From assembly GCA_964497955.1 (NCBI GenBank), contig CAZCFQ010000050.1, positions 1-13,328 of the forward strand: a DNA stretch of 13,328 bases. Reading direction: 5' to 3'. The notes beneath the pieces were generated by a model that saw only the letters and a list, made by a program, of their open reading frames with translations, ran no database searches and had not been told where the DNA came from. The position numbers and the translations under genes were made by a program. The stretch comes from an uncultured Clostridiaceae bacterium. Its GTDB lineage: Bacteria; Bacillota; UBA994; PWPR01. Shown one piece after another: positions 6,717 through 13,328 of the stretch (the stretch's first letter is position 1; each line of letters begins with the position of its first letter).

Positions 6717-6737
6717 CAAATATAAGGAGGGTTTAGA

Positions 6738-8702
6738 TTGAATCTAAAACCAGAAGATATACTGAAATTTCAAGCAGCAGGAGACCAGCAATGGTTAGAT
6801 GAAAAGGGAGCATTTGTATTTGTAAAAAAGATTTATGATGATGGTAAATCTAAAAATGCAATTTTCTGTTATAGAAGTACTGGAGAGGTTAAACAGTTAA
6901 CTAATTATAATGAAAATGCTAATAAGCCTAGAATATCACCTTGTGGTAAGTACCTAGCCTTTGTAAAAAAAGATGATAATAAAAATGTTTTATCAATAAT
7001 GAAGCTAGATAATAATGAAGTTATTATTTCTCAGGATTCAAAAGGAATAGTAGGAGCTCCTGTTTGGTCAAATGATAGTAAAAAGATTGCATTTATTAAA
7101 AATGTAGAAGTTTTAAATGATGATTATAAGGGAAGTCCAAAATCTATAAATGAAAAATATTTATATGAAGATAAAGTTAAAGTTATAGATGATATCAGAT
7201 ATAGATATAATGAAAAAGGCTATTTTGGAAATAATAAAAACCAGCTCTTTGTTGTAAGCTTAAATGGCTTTGATTTGACAAAAGCAGAGAGAATTACTGA
7301 TTTTAACTTAGATATCTTAAGTCCTGTTTTTAGTAAAGACAATAGAAAAATCTATTTTATATCAAATCCACACTCAGAAGGTAAGAAAAATTTAATAAGT
7401 AATATATATTGTGTAGATATTAATTCTAAAAAAATTGAGTTGAAAGTAAAGGGCAAAGGTTCTATTAGTAATTTACAAATTTCACCCTCTGGAAAACTAT
7501 TATCATTTTTAGCACAAAATGATGAAACTATGGACTTATGGTTCGATTGTTTGTATGTTTATGATATTGGGCAACAAAATGACCTTGATGAAGTGAAAAA
7601 TGTAACTAAGAATTTAGATAGAATAGTTTGCAAGGTTCCAAGTAGTGGTGAGAGATATCCTTCATCACTTCCTAAATATAAATGGAATAGCAAAAGTAAT
7701 GGGTTTTATATAATATACCCAGAGGCAGGAGCTTCTGTATTAGCTGAAATTGATTTTTATGGTAAGCCATCAATTCTTTATTATGATCCCAATCAAACAG
7801 TTAGTTCATTCGATGAAGTAAATGGTAAATTTCTTATAACTTTAGGAGATGCTGAAAATACTGAGGATATATATGAGTTAGGTCAAAATCTAATAATAAA
7901 AGTACAAACCAATCAATGGTTAAATGAATATGAGTTAGGAAAAGTGAATCGATTTAGATTCAACGGTGATAGTTATATGCAAATAGATGGCTGGTACATA
8001 AAACCAGATGGTATCAAACAGCCAAACAAATCTATTCTATTCATTCACGGTGGACCACATGGTATGTATGGTAGTAGTTTTATGTTCCAAGCTCAAATTT
8101 TAGCTTCAAATGGTTTTACAGTTACATATATTAATCCAAGGGGCAGTGCTTCTTATGGCTTCGAATTTGCTAACATGGTATATCAAGACTGGGGAGGAGC
8201 AGATTTTAGAGACATTATGCTTGGCATAGACTATCTGATAGATAATGAAATTATAGATAAAGATAGAATTGGAGTTACTGGATGGAGTTATGGCGGATAC
8301 ATGACTTGTTGGACCATAAGTCAAACAAATAGATTTAAAGCAGCTTTAGCTGGCGCAAGTGTTGTCGACAGATATAGTATGTTTGGTACTAGTGATATAG
8401 GGTATAATTTTGGTTTTTATCATTTTGGTGGAACTCCTTGGGAAAATTCTCATAAATTAGTCGAGAGGTCTCCTATTAATTATGCATATAAAATTGATAC
8501 TCCATTACTTTTAATTCATGGTGAAGAAGACTACAGATGCCCAATTGGCCAATCAGAAGAAATTTTCACTGCTTTGAAATATTTAAATAAAGAGGTAGTT
8601 ATGGTTAGATATCCTAAAGAACCTCATAACTTTAAAAAACCATATCATTTAATCGATAGATATAGTAGGCTTTTAAGCTGGTTTGAGCATTATATTAAAT
8701 AG
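6738..8702 (+). CDS. S9-family serine peptidase (prolyl oligopeptidase / acylaminoacyl-peptidase type), 654 aa. N-terminal beta-propeller plus C-terminal alpha/beta-hydrolase domain.
   Basis: Catalytic Ser in GVTGWSYGGYMT (GxSxGG), Asp in LLLIHGEEDYRCP, His in YPKEPHNF. FIHGGPHG oxyanion-region motif. TTG start with AAGGAGGG (6724-6731) 6 nt upstream. Confidence 0.85.
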   Translation: MNLKPEDILKFQAAGDQQWLDEKGAFVFVKKIYDDGKSKNAIFCYRSTGEVKQLTNYNENANKPRISPCGKYLAFVKKDDNKNVLSIMKLDNNEVIISQDSKGIVGAPVWSNDSKKIAFIKNVEVLNDDYKGSPKSINEKYLYEDKVKVIDDIRYRYNEKGYFGNNKNQLFVVSLNGFDLTKAERITDFNLDILSPVFSKDNRKIYFISNPHSEGKKNLISNIYCVDINSKKIELKVKGKGSISNLQISPSGKLLSFLAQNDETMDLWFDCLYVYDIGQQNDLDEVKNVTKNLDRIVCKVPSSGERYPSSLPKYKWNSKSNGFYIIYPEAGASVLAEIDFYGKPSILYYDPNQTVSSFDEVNGKFLITLGDAENTEDIYELGQNLIIKVQTNQWLNEYELGKVNRFRFNGDSYMQIDGWYIKPDGIKQPNKSILFIHGGPHGMYGSSFMFQAQILASNGFTVTYINPRGSASYGFEFANMVYQDWGGADFRDIMLGIDYLIDNEIIDKDRIGVTGWSYGGYMTCWTISQTNRFKAALAGASVVDRYSMFGTSDIGYNFGFYHFGGTPWENSHKLVERSPINYAYKIDTPLLLIHGEEDYRCPIGQSEEIFTALKYLNKEVVMVRYPKEPHNFKKPYHLIDRYSRLLSWFEHYIK

Positions 8703-8717
8703 GGAGGAGACTTATAT

Positions 8718-9110
8718 ATGTGGTTATTGAAAACAGAACCAAGTGATTATTCTTATGAAGATCTAGAAAATGAAGGTAAAGCGATTTGGGACGGTGTAAA
8801 AAACCATCAAGCAGTAAACAACATGAAAAAAATGAAAAAAGGTGAGAAAGTATTTTTCTATCATACGGGTAGAAAACATCGTGAAATAGTAGCTATTTGT
8901 GAAGTTAGTAGAGAAAGTTATGAGTATGAAGATTATACAGTAGTTGAAGTTTCACCAGTTGGGAAATTAAATAGGCCTGTAACATTGAAAGAAATTAAGA
9001 GTGATGATTTCTTTGCCGAATGGGCATTAGTAAGACAAAGTAGATTATCAGTAGTACCTGTAAAGAAAGAGTATTGGAACAAGATAATTGAAATGTCCGA
9101 AGAAGAGTAA
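8718..9110 (+). CDS. EVE-domain (PUA-like) protein, 130 aa.
   Basis: MWLLKTEPSDYSYEDLENEGKAIWDGVKNHQAVNNMKKMKKGEKVFFYHTG...IVAICEV matches the EVE consensus WLMKSEP..YSIDDL......WDGVRNYQARNFMR.MK.GD.V.FYHS......IVGIAEV. GGGAGGA RBS at 8702-8708. It starts 15 nt after the peptidase stop, so it is likely co-transcribed. Confidence 0.8.
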   Translation: MWLLKTEPSDYSYEDLENEGKAIWDGVKNHQAVNNMKKMKKGEKVFFYHTGRKHREIVAICEVSRESYEYEDYTVVEVSPVGKLNRPVTLKEIKSDDFFAEWALVRQSRLSVVPVKKEYWNKIIEMSEEE

Positions 9111-9129
9111 TTGAAAATATACTTAGTAA

Positions 9130-9172
9130 CCCCCATATGTTAGAAATAAACATAAGGGGGCTTTGTATATAT
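9130..9172. terminator. Hairpin terminator between the convergent EVE gene and the amidohydrolase gene. Probably bidirectional.
   Basis: CCCCCaTATGTT (9130-9141) / AACATAaGGGGG (9149-9160): 11 of 12 positions pair, with a 7-nt loop. It is followed on the + strand by CTTTGTATATATT. The T-tract is weaker for the - strand. Confidence 0.5.
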
Positions 9173-9191
9173 TATAAGGGATTATTAGTTT

Positions 9192-10814
9192 TTAAAGATT
9201 ATTAAAAATTATTCTTCCATCTGTTATATTACAAAGAACATTTATATCCTTTATTTCTTTTTCTTCTACAGATAAAATATCTTTATCAATCACAATTAAA
9301 TCAGCAAGTTTACCTTTTTCTAATGAGCCAACTCTGTCCTCCATAAATGCTAATTTTGCGCCATTCAGAGTATACATTCTAATTGCATCTAATCTTGAAA
9401 CTCTCTCATCATTACCTAAACTTTTCCCTTGTGAGGTCTTTCTAGTAATTGCACTATATAAAACTAAGAAAGGATTATAATGTGCTGAAGTCATATCTGA
9501 ATTGATTGCCACTAATATATCATTTTTAAGATATGTGTTAAGTGGTTTAAAACTATACACCTTTTCTTCTTCTATAACATCAAAATATATGTCACCTTCA
9601 ACATAAATGAATCCAGGTTGAGCTGATATGGCTATATTGTTTTTATGCATTAAATGAAGGCTCTGTTCGCTTGGAAAATATCCGTGAATAATATTATGTC
9701 TGGCTTTTGGGTTATAGTTTTCTGTTATTACTTTATCAAAAGTTTTAACTGCGATATCTTGAGCCTTTTCTCCGCAGCAATGTATTCCAACAGACCAATG
9801 ATATTTTTGAGCAGTCTCAAAATAATAGGGCAATTTTTCAACATCAAGTCTTAAAGGAATTTCACTACTTGAACCATCTAAATATGGTTCATACATTAAT
9901 GCAGATTTACTCCCTAATCCGCCATCTATTGCCATTTTCAAAGCGCCTAAACTCAACCAATCGTCACCAAATCCATTTACAACACCCATGTTCTCTACCA
10001 TTGGTGTTAAGTCACTTCCTTTTGCAGCATACAAACCATTATAAACAGGCATCATATTGATTCGAATATCTAGCTGATTTTTGTCATATAAATCTTGATA
10101 CGCATATCTCCTTAAAGTAGTTACCCCGGGGTCAATGATGGTAGTGATTCCATACTTTTGATATTCTTTAAGCGCTCTTTTAATATCTTCCTGGGCTGAC
10201 TTAACAGTATTGCCAGCTTGTTCTGATGGAATAACATTACGAACTAGATTTGAAGCCTCATTATACAACACTCCTGTCGGGACTCCATTTTTATCTTTTG
10301 CAATTTGCCCTCTCCAAGGATTAGGAGTATTTTTATCTATACCCGCCAACTTTAAAGCAAGACTATTTGCTACAACAGCTCCAAATAGTCTTGATAAAAC
10401 AACTGGATTATCTGGAGAAACTTCATCAAGATCCCACCTTGTTGGCTCTCTATATTCTTCAAATTGACTTTCAATCCATCCTCCACCAAGAATCCATTCA
10501 CCTTTTCGTGATTTTCTAACTTTCTCATAAACTCTTTGGTTCATTTCACTAATATTCTTTGCACCAAAGAGCATGACACCTGAAAGTAGTTTTCCTGCTG
10601 CCCCTGTGTGGTTGTGGGAATCAACAATCCCAGGCATAACAGTTCTGCCTTTTAAATCAATCAATAAGGTATCACGATTCTGATATTCTTTTAATTTAGT
10701 AAACCTACCAGTATCAATAATTTTATTTTCTTTTAAAGCAATCGCCTCAGTAATAGTATCATTTTTGTCCACAGTTATTATTTTGCCATTATACATAATT
10801 AAACTTGCGTCCAT
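9192..10814 (-). CDS. Amidohydrolase-family (Amidohydro_3-type) metal-dependent hydrolase, 540 aa.
   Basis: N-terminal MYNGKIITVDKN...AIALKENKIIDTG...LIDLKGRTVMPGIVDSHNHTG, with the metal-binding HxH. C-terminal ...INSDMTSAHYNPF... is typical of the family. AGGAGG (rc of 10821-10826) lies 6 nt upstream of the ATG. Confidence 0.8.
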   Translation of the reverse strand: MDASLIMYNGKIITVDKNDTITEAIALKENKIIDTGRFTKLKEYQNRDTLLIDLKGRTVMPGIVDSHNHTGAAGKLLSGVMLFGAKNISEMNQRVYEKVRKSRKGEWILGGGWIESQFEEYREPTRWDLDEVSPDNPVVLSRLFGAVVANSLALKLAGIDKNTPNPWRGQIAKDKNGVPTGVLYNEASNLVRNVIPSEQAGNTVKSAQEDIKRALKEYQKYGITTIIDPGVTTLRRYAYQDLYDKNQLDIRINMMPVYNGLYAAKGSDLTPMVENMGVVNGFGDDWLSLGALKMAIDGGLGSKSALMYEPYLDGSSSEIPLRLDVEKLPYYFETAQKYHWSVGIHCCGEKAQDIAVKTFDKVITENYNPKARHNIIHGYFPSEQSLHLMHKNNIAISAQPGFIYVEGDIYFDVIEEEKVYSFKPLNTYLKNDILVAINSDMTSAHYNPFLVLYSAITRKTSQGKSLGNDERVSRLDAIRMYTLNGAKLAFMEDRVGSLEKGKLADLIVIDKDILSVEEKEIKDINVLCNITDGRIIFNNL

Positions 10815-10825
10815 TATATTCCTCC

Positions 10826-10854
10826 TTGTTAAAAATAGTCATAATAGTTATAAT
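10826..10854 (+). promoter_or_regulatory. Sigma-A-type promoter for the GAF/fRMsr gene. -35 TTGTTA (10826-10831), 17-nt spacer, perfect -10 TATAAT (10849-10854).
   Basis: Read directly. The predicted TSS is ~10861. That favours ATG 10882 (RBS AAGGGTGA) over GTG 10873 as the real start. The -35 overlaps the RBS of the divergent amidohydrolase gene. Confidence 0.45.
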
Positions 10855-10872
10855 TGAAAAAAAGTATTAAGG

Positions 10873-11376
10873 GTGATAAGTATGTTTAGACTAGAAAAGA
10901 AAAATTTCAAAAATAAATTAGAGTTGTACGAGTACATGAACAATATGTTAAAACATTTGATATCAGATGAAACGGATGCTATAGCTAATCTTTCAAATGC
11001 AGCTAGTTTATTTGGGCATATAATGCCTGAAATAAACTGGGCAGGTTTTTACCTTTATAGAAACAATGAATTAGTTCTAGGGCCATTCTGGGGTAAACCA
11101 GCTTGTACTAGGATTACAATGGGTGAAGGGGTTTGTGGTACAGCCGCAAAGTTTCAAAAAGTGCAATTAGTTGATAATGTTGATCTGTTTCCAGGACACA
11201 TTGCATGTGATTCAGCTTCTAAATCAGAAATAGTATTACCTATTGTTAAAGATGGTAAACTTAAAGCTGTTTTAGATATTGATAGCCCAATCTTAGCAAG
11301 ATTTAATCAAGAAGATAAAAAAGGTTTACTAAAAGCAATTGATATTTTACAAAGCATAAATTGGGATATGATATAA
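10873..11376 (+). CDS. GAF-domain free methionine-(R)-sulfoxide reductase (fRMsr, YebR/MsrC family). The true start is probably ATG 10882, giving 164 aa.
   Basis: NWAGFYLYRNNELVLGPFWGKPACTRITMGEGVCGTAAKFQKVQLVDNVDLFPGHIACDSASKSEIVLPIVKDGKLKAVLDIDSPILARFNQEDKKGL matches E. coli YebR WVGFYLL...ELVLGPFQGKIACVRIPVGRGVCGTAVARNQVQRIEDVHVFDGHIACDAASNSEIVLPLVV...GVLDIDS..FGRFTDEDEQGL, including the catalytic Cys residues. Confidence 0.85.
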   Translation: MISMFRLEKKNFKNKLELYEYMNNMLKHLISDETDAIANLSNAASLFGHIMPEINWAGFYLYRNNELVLGPFWGKPACTRITMGEGVCGTAAKFQKVQLVDNVDLFPGHIACDSASKSEIVLPIVKDGKLKAVLDIDSPILARFNQEDKKGLLKAIDILQSINWDMI

Positions 11377-11389
11377 AATTTCAATTTCC

Positions 11390-11412
11390 AGGCACACTAG
11401 TGCCTTTTTTAT
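11390..11412 (+). terminator. Rho-independent terminator after the fRMsr gene.
   Basis: AGGCAC-acta-GTGCCT stem-loop followed by TTTTTTATTTTATT. Confidence 0.65.
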
Positions 11413-11483
11413 TTTATTCTACAAAAGTATTAAATTACCTTTTTAACAAGAAGTATTTTATTATTACATAAGAATAACAGCCC

Positions 11484-11512
11484 TTGACTAATATAAAAAA
11501 CTCGTGTAAGTT
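11484..11512 (+). promoter_or_regulatory. Possible promoter for the MATE gene. -35 TTGACT (11484-11489), 17-nt spacer, weak -10 TAAGTT.
   Basis: A perfect -35 hexamer but a poor -10. Low confidence. The RBS AGGAG is at 11542-11546. Confidence 0.25.
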
Positions 11513-11555
11513 TTAGTAGTGATTATTTTTGTAGTCGAAATATAGGAGTTATATA

Positions 11556-12920
11556 ATGAATAAAAGAGTAGATGATGCATTGATAACAGAGAGCACAAAT
11601 TTAACAAAAACAGTTTGGCTACTAGCATGGCCTGTTATAGTAGAAATGTTATTGCTAACTCTAACTGGGATAGTAGACATGGCTATGGTAGGAAGATTGG
11701 GTCCAGCTGCTATTGCAGCAGTTGGTCTAGGTAATCAGTTTGTTATGCTAACAACAACAGCTTTTGCAGCAATTAGAACTGGTACAACTGCTTTGGTTGC
11801 AAGACATATTGGTGCAAAAGACTCAGAAGGAGCACATTTAATAGCTAGACAATCAATTATATTAACAATTATTTTAGCTCTTACTACAGTCATAAGTTTT
11901 TATTTTTTAGCAGAATGGGGATTAAAATTACTCGGTGCTGAAAAAGCGGTAATTGAGTTAGGTATTTGGTATATTAGACTTAGAACTTTTGGATTAGCTT
12001 TTCACTTTTTTACAATGATATTTACAAGTATGTTAAGGGGTAGTGGAGATACTAAAACGCCAATGGTAGTCAATATAATTATCAATATTGTAAACCCGAT
12101 ATTAAACTACGGTTTTATATTTGGGCATTTTGGTTTACCTCAATTAGGTGTTACTGGAGCAGCTTTAGCTACAGCTTTAGCACATATTATTGGTTTTATA
12201 ATTATCTCTAGAGTCATTTTTAGTGGAAAAAGTATTATTAAGTTAAGCCTTAAAGATGACTACAAGTTAGATAAATTACAGATCAAAAGAATACTTAATA
12301 TTGGGATACCAGCAATGGTAGAGTCAGTTGCAATGAGAATAGCACAAATTATATATACAATGATTTTAACATCATTAGGCACCGTCACTTATGCAGCTCA
12401 CCAAGTTGCAATAAGAGCAGAATCACTCTCTTTTATGCCAGGATGGGGTTTTGGGGTTGCAGCAACTACTTTAATAGGACAAAATTTAGGAGCACAAAAA
12501 CTACAAAGAGCTGAAAAAAGTGGCTATGTTGCAAGAAATATGGCTTTAGCAGTGGCTTGCACAATGGGAGTTCTGTTTTTCTTTTTCCCGGTTCATTTTG
12601 TTAGAATTTTCACTAATGATCCAGGTGTGATTGACCAAGCCTCTAGAGTTTTACGAATGATAGCTATCGCTCAACCTTCTACAGCTATTAACTTGGTTTT
12701 ATCAGCAGCTTTAAGAGGTGCTGGAGATACAAGATGGGTAACTTATATTACAAGTTCATCAGTATGGATAGTTAGGCTATCAATAGCAGCTTTCTGTGTA
12801 TTTGTACTTGAAATGGGAATCATAGGAGCTTGGTTAGGAATGCTAATTGATATGATTGTTAGGTCTATTTTATTCAGTATCAGATATGCTAAAGGAAAAT
12901 GGAAGCACATAAAAGTATAA
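11556..12920 (+). CDS. MATE-family (NorM-like) multidrug/toxic-compound efflux transporter, 454 aa, 12 TM.
   Basis: The N-terminus ...KTVWLLAWPVIVEMLLLTLTGIVDMAMVGRLGPAAIAAVGLGNQ is the MATE signature. Hydrophobic 12-TM profile with two repeated halves. ATG start with AGGAG 7 nt upstream. Confidence 0.85.
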   Translation: MNKRVDDALITESTNLTKTVWLLAWPVIVEMLLLTLTGIVDMAMVGRLGPAAIAAVGLGNQFVMLTTTAFAAIRTGTTALVARHIGAKDSEGAHLIARQSIILTIILALTTVISFYFLAEWGLKLLGAEKAVIELGIWYIRLRTFGLAFHFFTMIFTSMLRGSGDTKTPMVVNIIINIVNPILNYGFIFGHFGLPQLGVTGAALATALAHIIGFIIISRVIFSGKSIIKLSLKDDYKLDKLQIKRILNIGIPAMVESVAMRIAQIIYTMILTSLGTVTYAAHQVAIRAESLSFMPGWGFGVAATTLIGQNLGAQKLQRAEKSGYVARNMALAVACTMGVLFFFFPVHFVRIFTNDPGVIDQASRVLRMIAIAQPSTAINLVLSAALRGAGDTRWVTYITSSSVWIVRLSIAAFCVFVLEMGIIGAWLGMLIDMIVRSILFSIRYAKGKWKHIKV

Positions 12921-12926
12921 ATAAAC

Positions 12927-12958
12927 AAGTCAGCCATGAGCTGACTTATTTTTTATTG
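12927..12958 (+). terminator. Rho-independent terminator after the MATE gene.
   Basis: AAGTCAGC-catga-GCTGACTT perfect 8-bp stem followed by ATTTTTTATTG. Confidence 0.7.
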
Positions 12959-13080
12959 TATTAAAAATGTGTTAAAATATATATGTGAGTGTTTTTTAAA
13001 CATACTATTTAATAATAAATTTAAAACGTGATTAATCTTTTATTATTCATATATTAAATAGCCAAAAAGGAGGATTTTTT

Positions 13081-13328
13081 GTGTACTTAGATGATCTAAA
13101 TAAGGAGCAACGAGAAGCAGTTATTTATGACAAAGGGCCACTACTAATTTTAGCTGGTGCTGGGAGCGGGAAGACAAGAACAATTATATATCGTGTTGCA
13201 CATCTAATAAAACAAGGTGTTTCTCCATATGAAATCTTAGTTATGACTTTTACTAACAAAGCTGCTAATGAAATGAAAGAGAGAGTTCGCGGTATTTTAG
13301 ATTTAAAATTCCCAGGAATGTGGATAGG
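13081..13328 (+). CDS. pcrA: ATP-dependent DNA helicase PcrA/UvrD, N-terminal 82 codons. It runs off the 3' window edge.
   Basis: [69 protein letters not shown] carries the canonical UvrD/PcrA motifs: LNxEQxxAV, Walker A GAGSGKT, TFTNKAAxEMxER. GTG start with AAGGAGG (13067-13073) 7 nt upstream. Confidence 0.8.
   Translation, partial: MYLDDLNKEQREAVIYDKGPLLILAGAGSGKTRTIIYRVAHLIKQGVSPYEILVMTFTNKAANEMKERVRGILDLKFPGMWI

Noticed and set aside
6584-6737. TnaC-like leader peptide upstream of the tryptophanase gene.
   Set aside because: The only upstream mini-ORFs on the - strand are ATGACTCTATAA (3 codons) and a 16-codon TTG ORF. Neither has a Trp codon or an SD.
12921-13080. 21-codon ORF (ATGGTGTTAAAATAT...) in the MATE-pcrA intergenic region. 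Candidate promoter TTGTAT / TGtTAAAAT in the same region.
   Set aside because: The ORF has no SD and overlaps the likely pcrA promoter. The promoter hexamer spacing does not fit well (11-14 nt), so I did not annotate it.
1-13328. CRISPR arrays, tandem repeats, IS elements, integrases, tRNA/rRNA genes and riboswitch-like leaders.
   Set aside because: No direct-repeat/spacer periodicity was seen. No transposase- or integrase-like ORFs, no tRNA cloverleaf candidates and no long structured 5' UTRs. The intergenic regions are short and occupied by SD sites, promoters and hairpin terminators.

Overview
This 13.3-kb, AT-rich window looks low-GC Gram-positive or Fusobacteria-like: GGAGG-type Shine-Dalgarno sites and frequent TTG/GTG start codons. 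It is densely coding, with 13 credible CDSs and no rRNA, tRNA, CRISPR array, transposase or integrase.

Most genes are ordinary metabolism, transport or repair functions, and several are separated by clear hairpin + T-tract terminators, two of them bidirectional:
- an EamA/DMT transporter and a LysE/ArgO-type amino-acid exporter
- a class-V-fold PLP enzyme lacking the cysteine-desulfurase catalytic Cys
- a tryptophanase/tyrosine phenol-lyase family lyase, probably tryptophanase
- an S9 serine peptidase co-transcribed with an EVE/PUA-like protein
- an Amidohydro_3 hydrolase
- a GAF-type free Met-R-sulfoxide reductase
- a MATE efflux pump
- the start of pcrA/uvrD

The unusual part is the left end, a tightly packed co-directional four-gene string.
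- Gene 1 (1-1289) runs off the 5' window edge. Its first ~118 residues are a clear family-1 encapsulin (linocin M18/CFP29) N-terminal region: N-helix, E-loop and spine helix. After the sequence YEDDVIYD it continues in-frame for ~310 residues with no recognisable encapsulin A-domain or C-terminal P-domain.
- Gene 2 (1289-2284) encodes an unrecognised 331-aa protein. It is translationally coupled to gene 1 through a TAATG overlap and has a GGGAGG ribosome-binding site 8 nt upstream.
- Gene 3 (2301-2450) is a 49-aa acidic ORF with the same GGGAGG+8-nt arrangement.
- Gene 4 (2472-3383) is an EamA/DMT transporter.

No cargo protein with a C-terminal loading peptide and no complete shell gene is visible. 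This chimeric, truncated-encapsulin module is the best candidate for something undescribed in the window.
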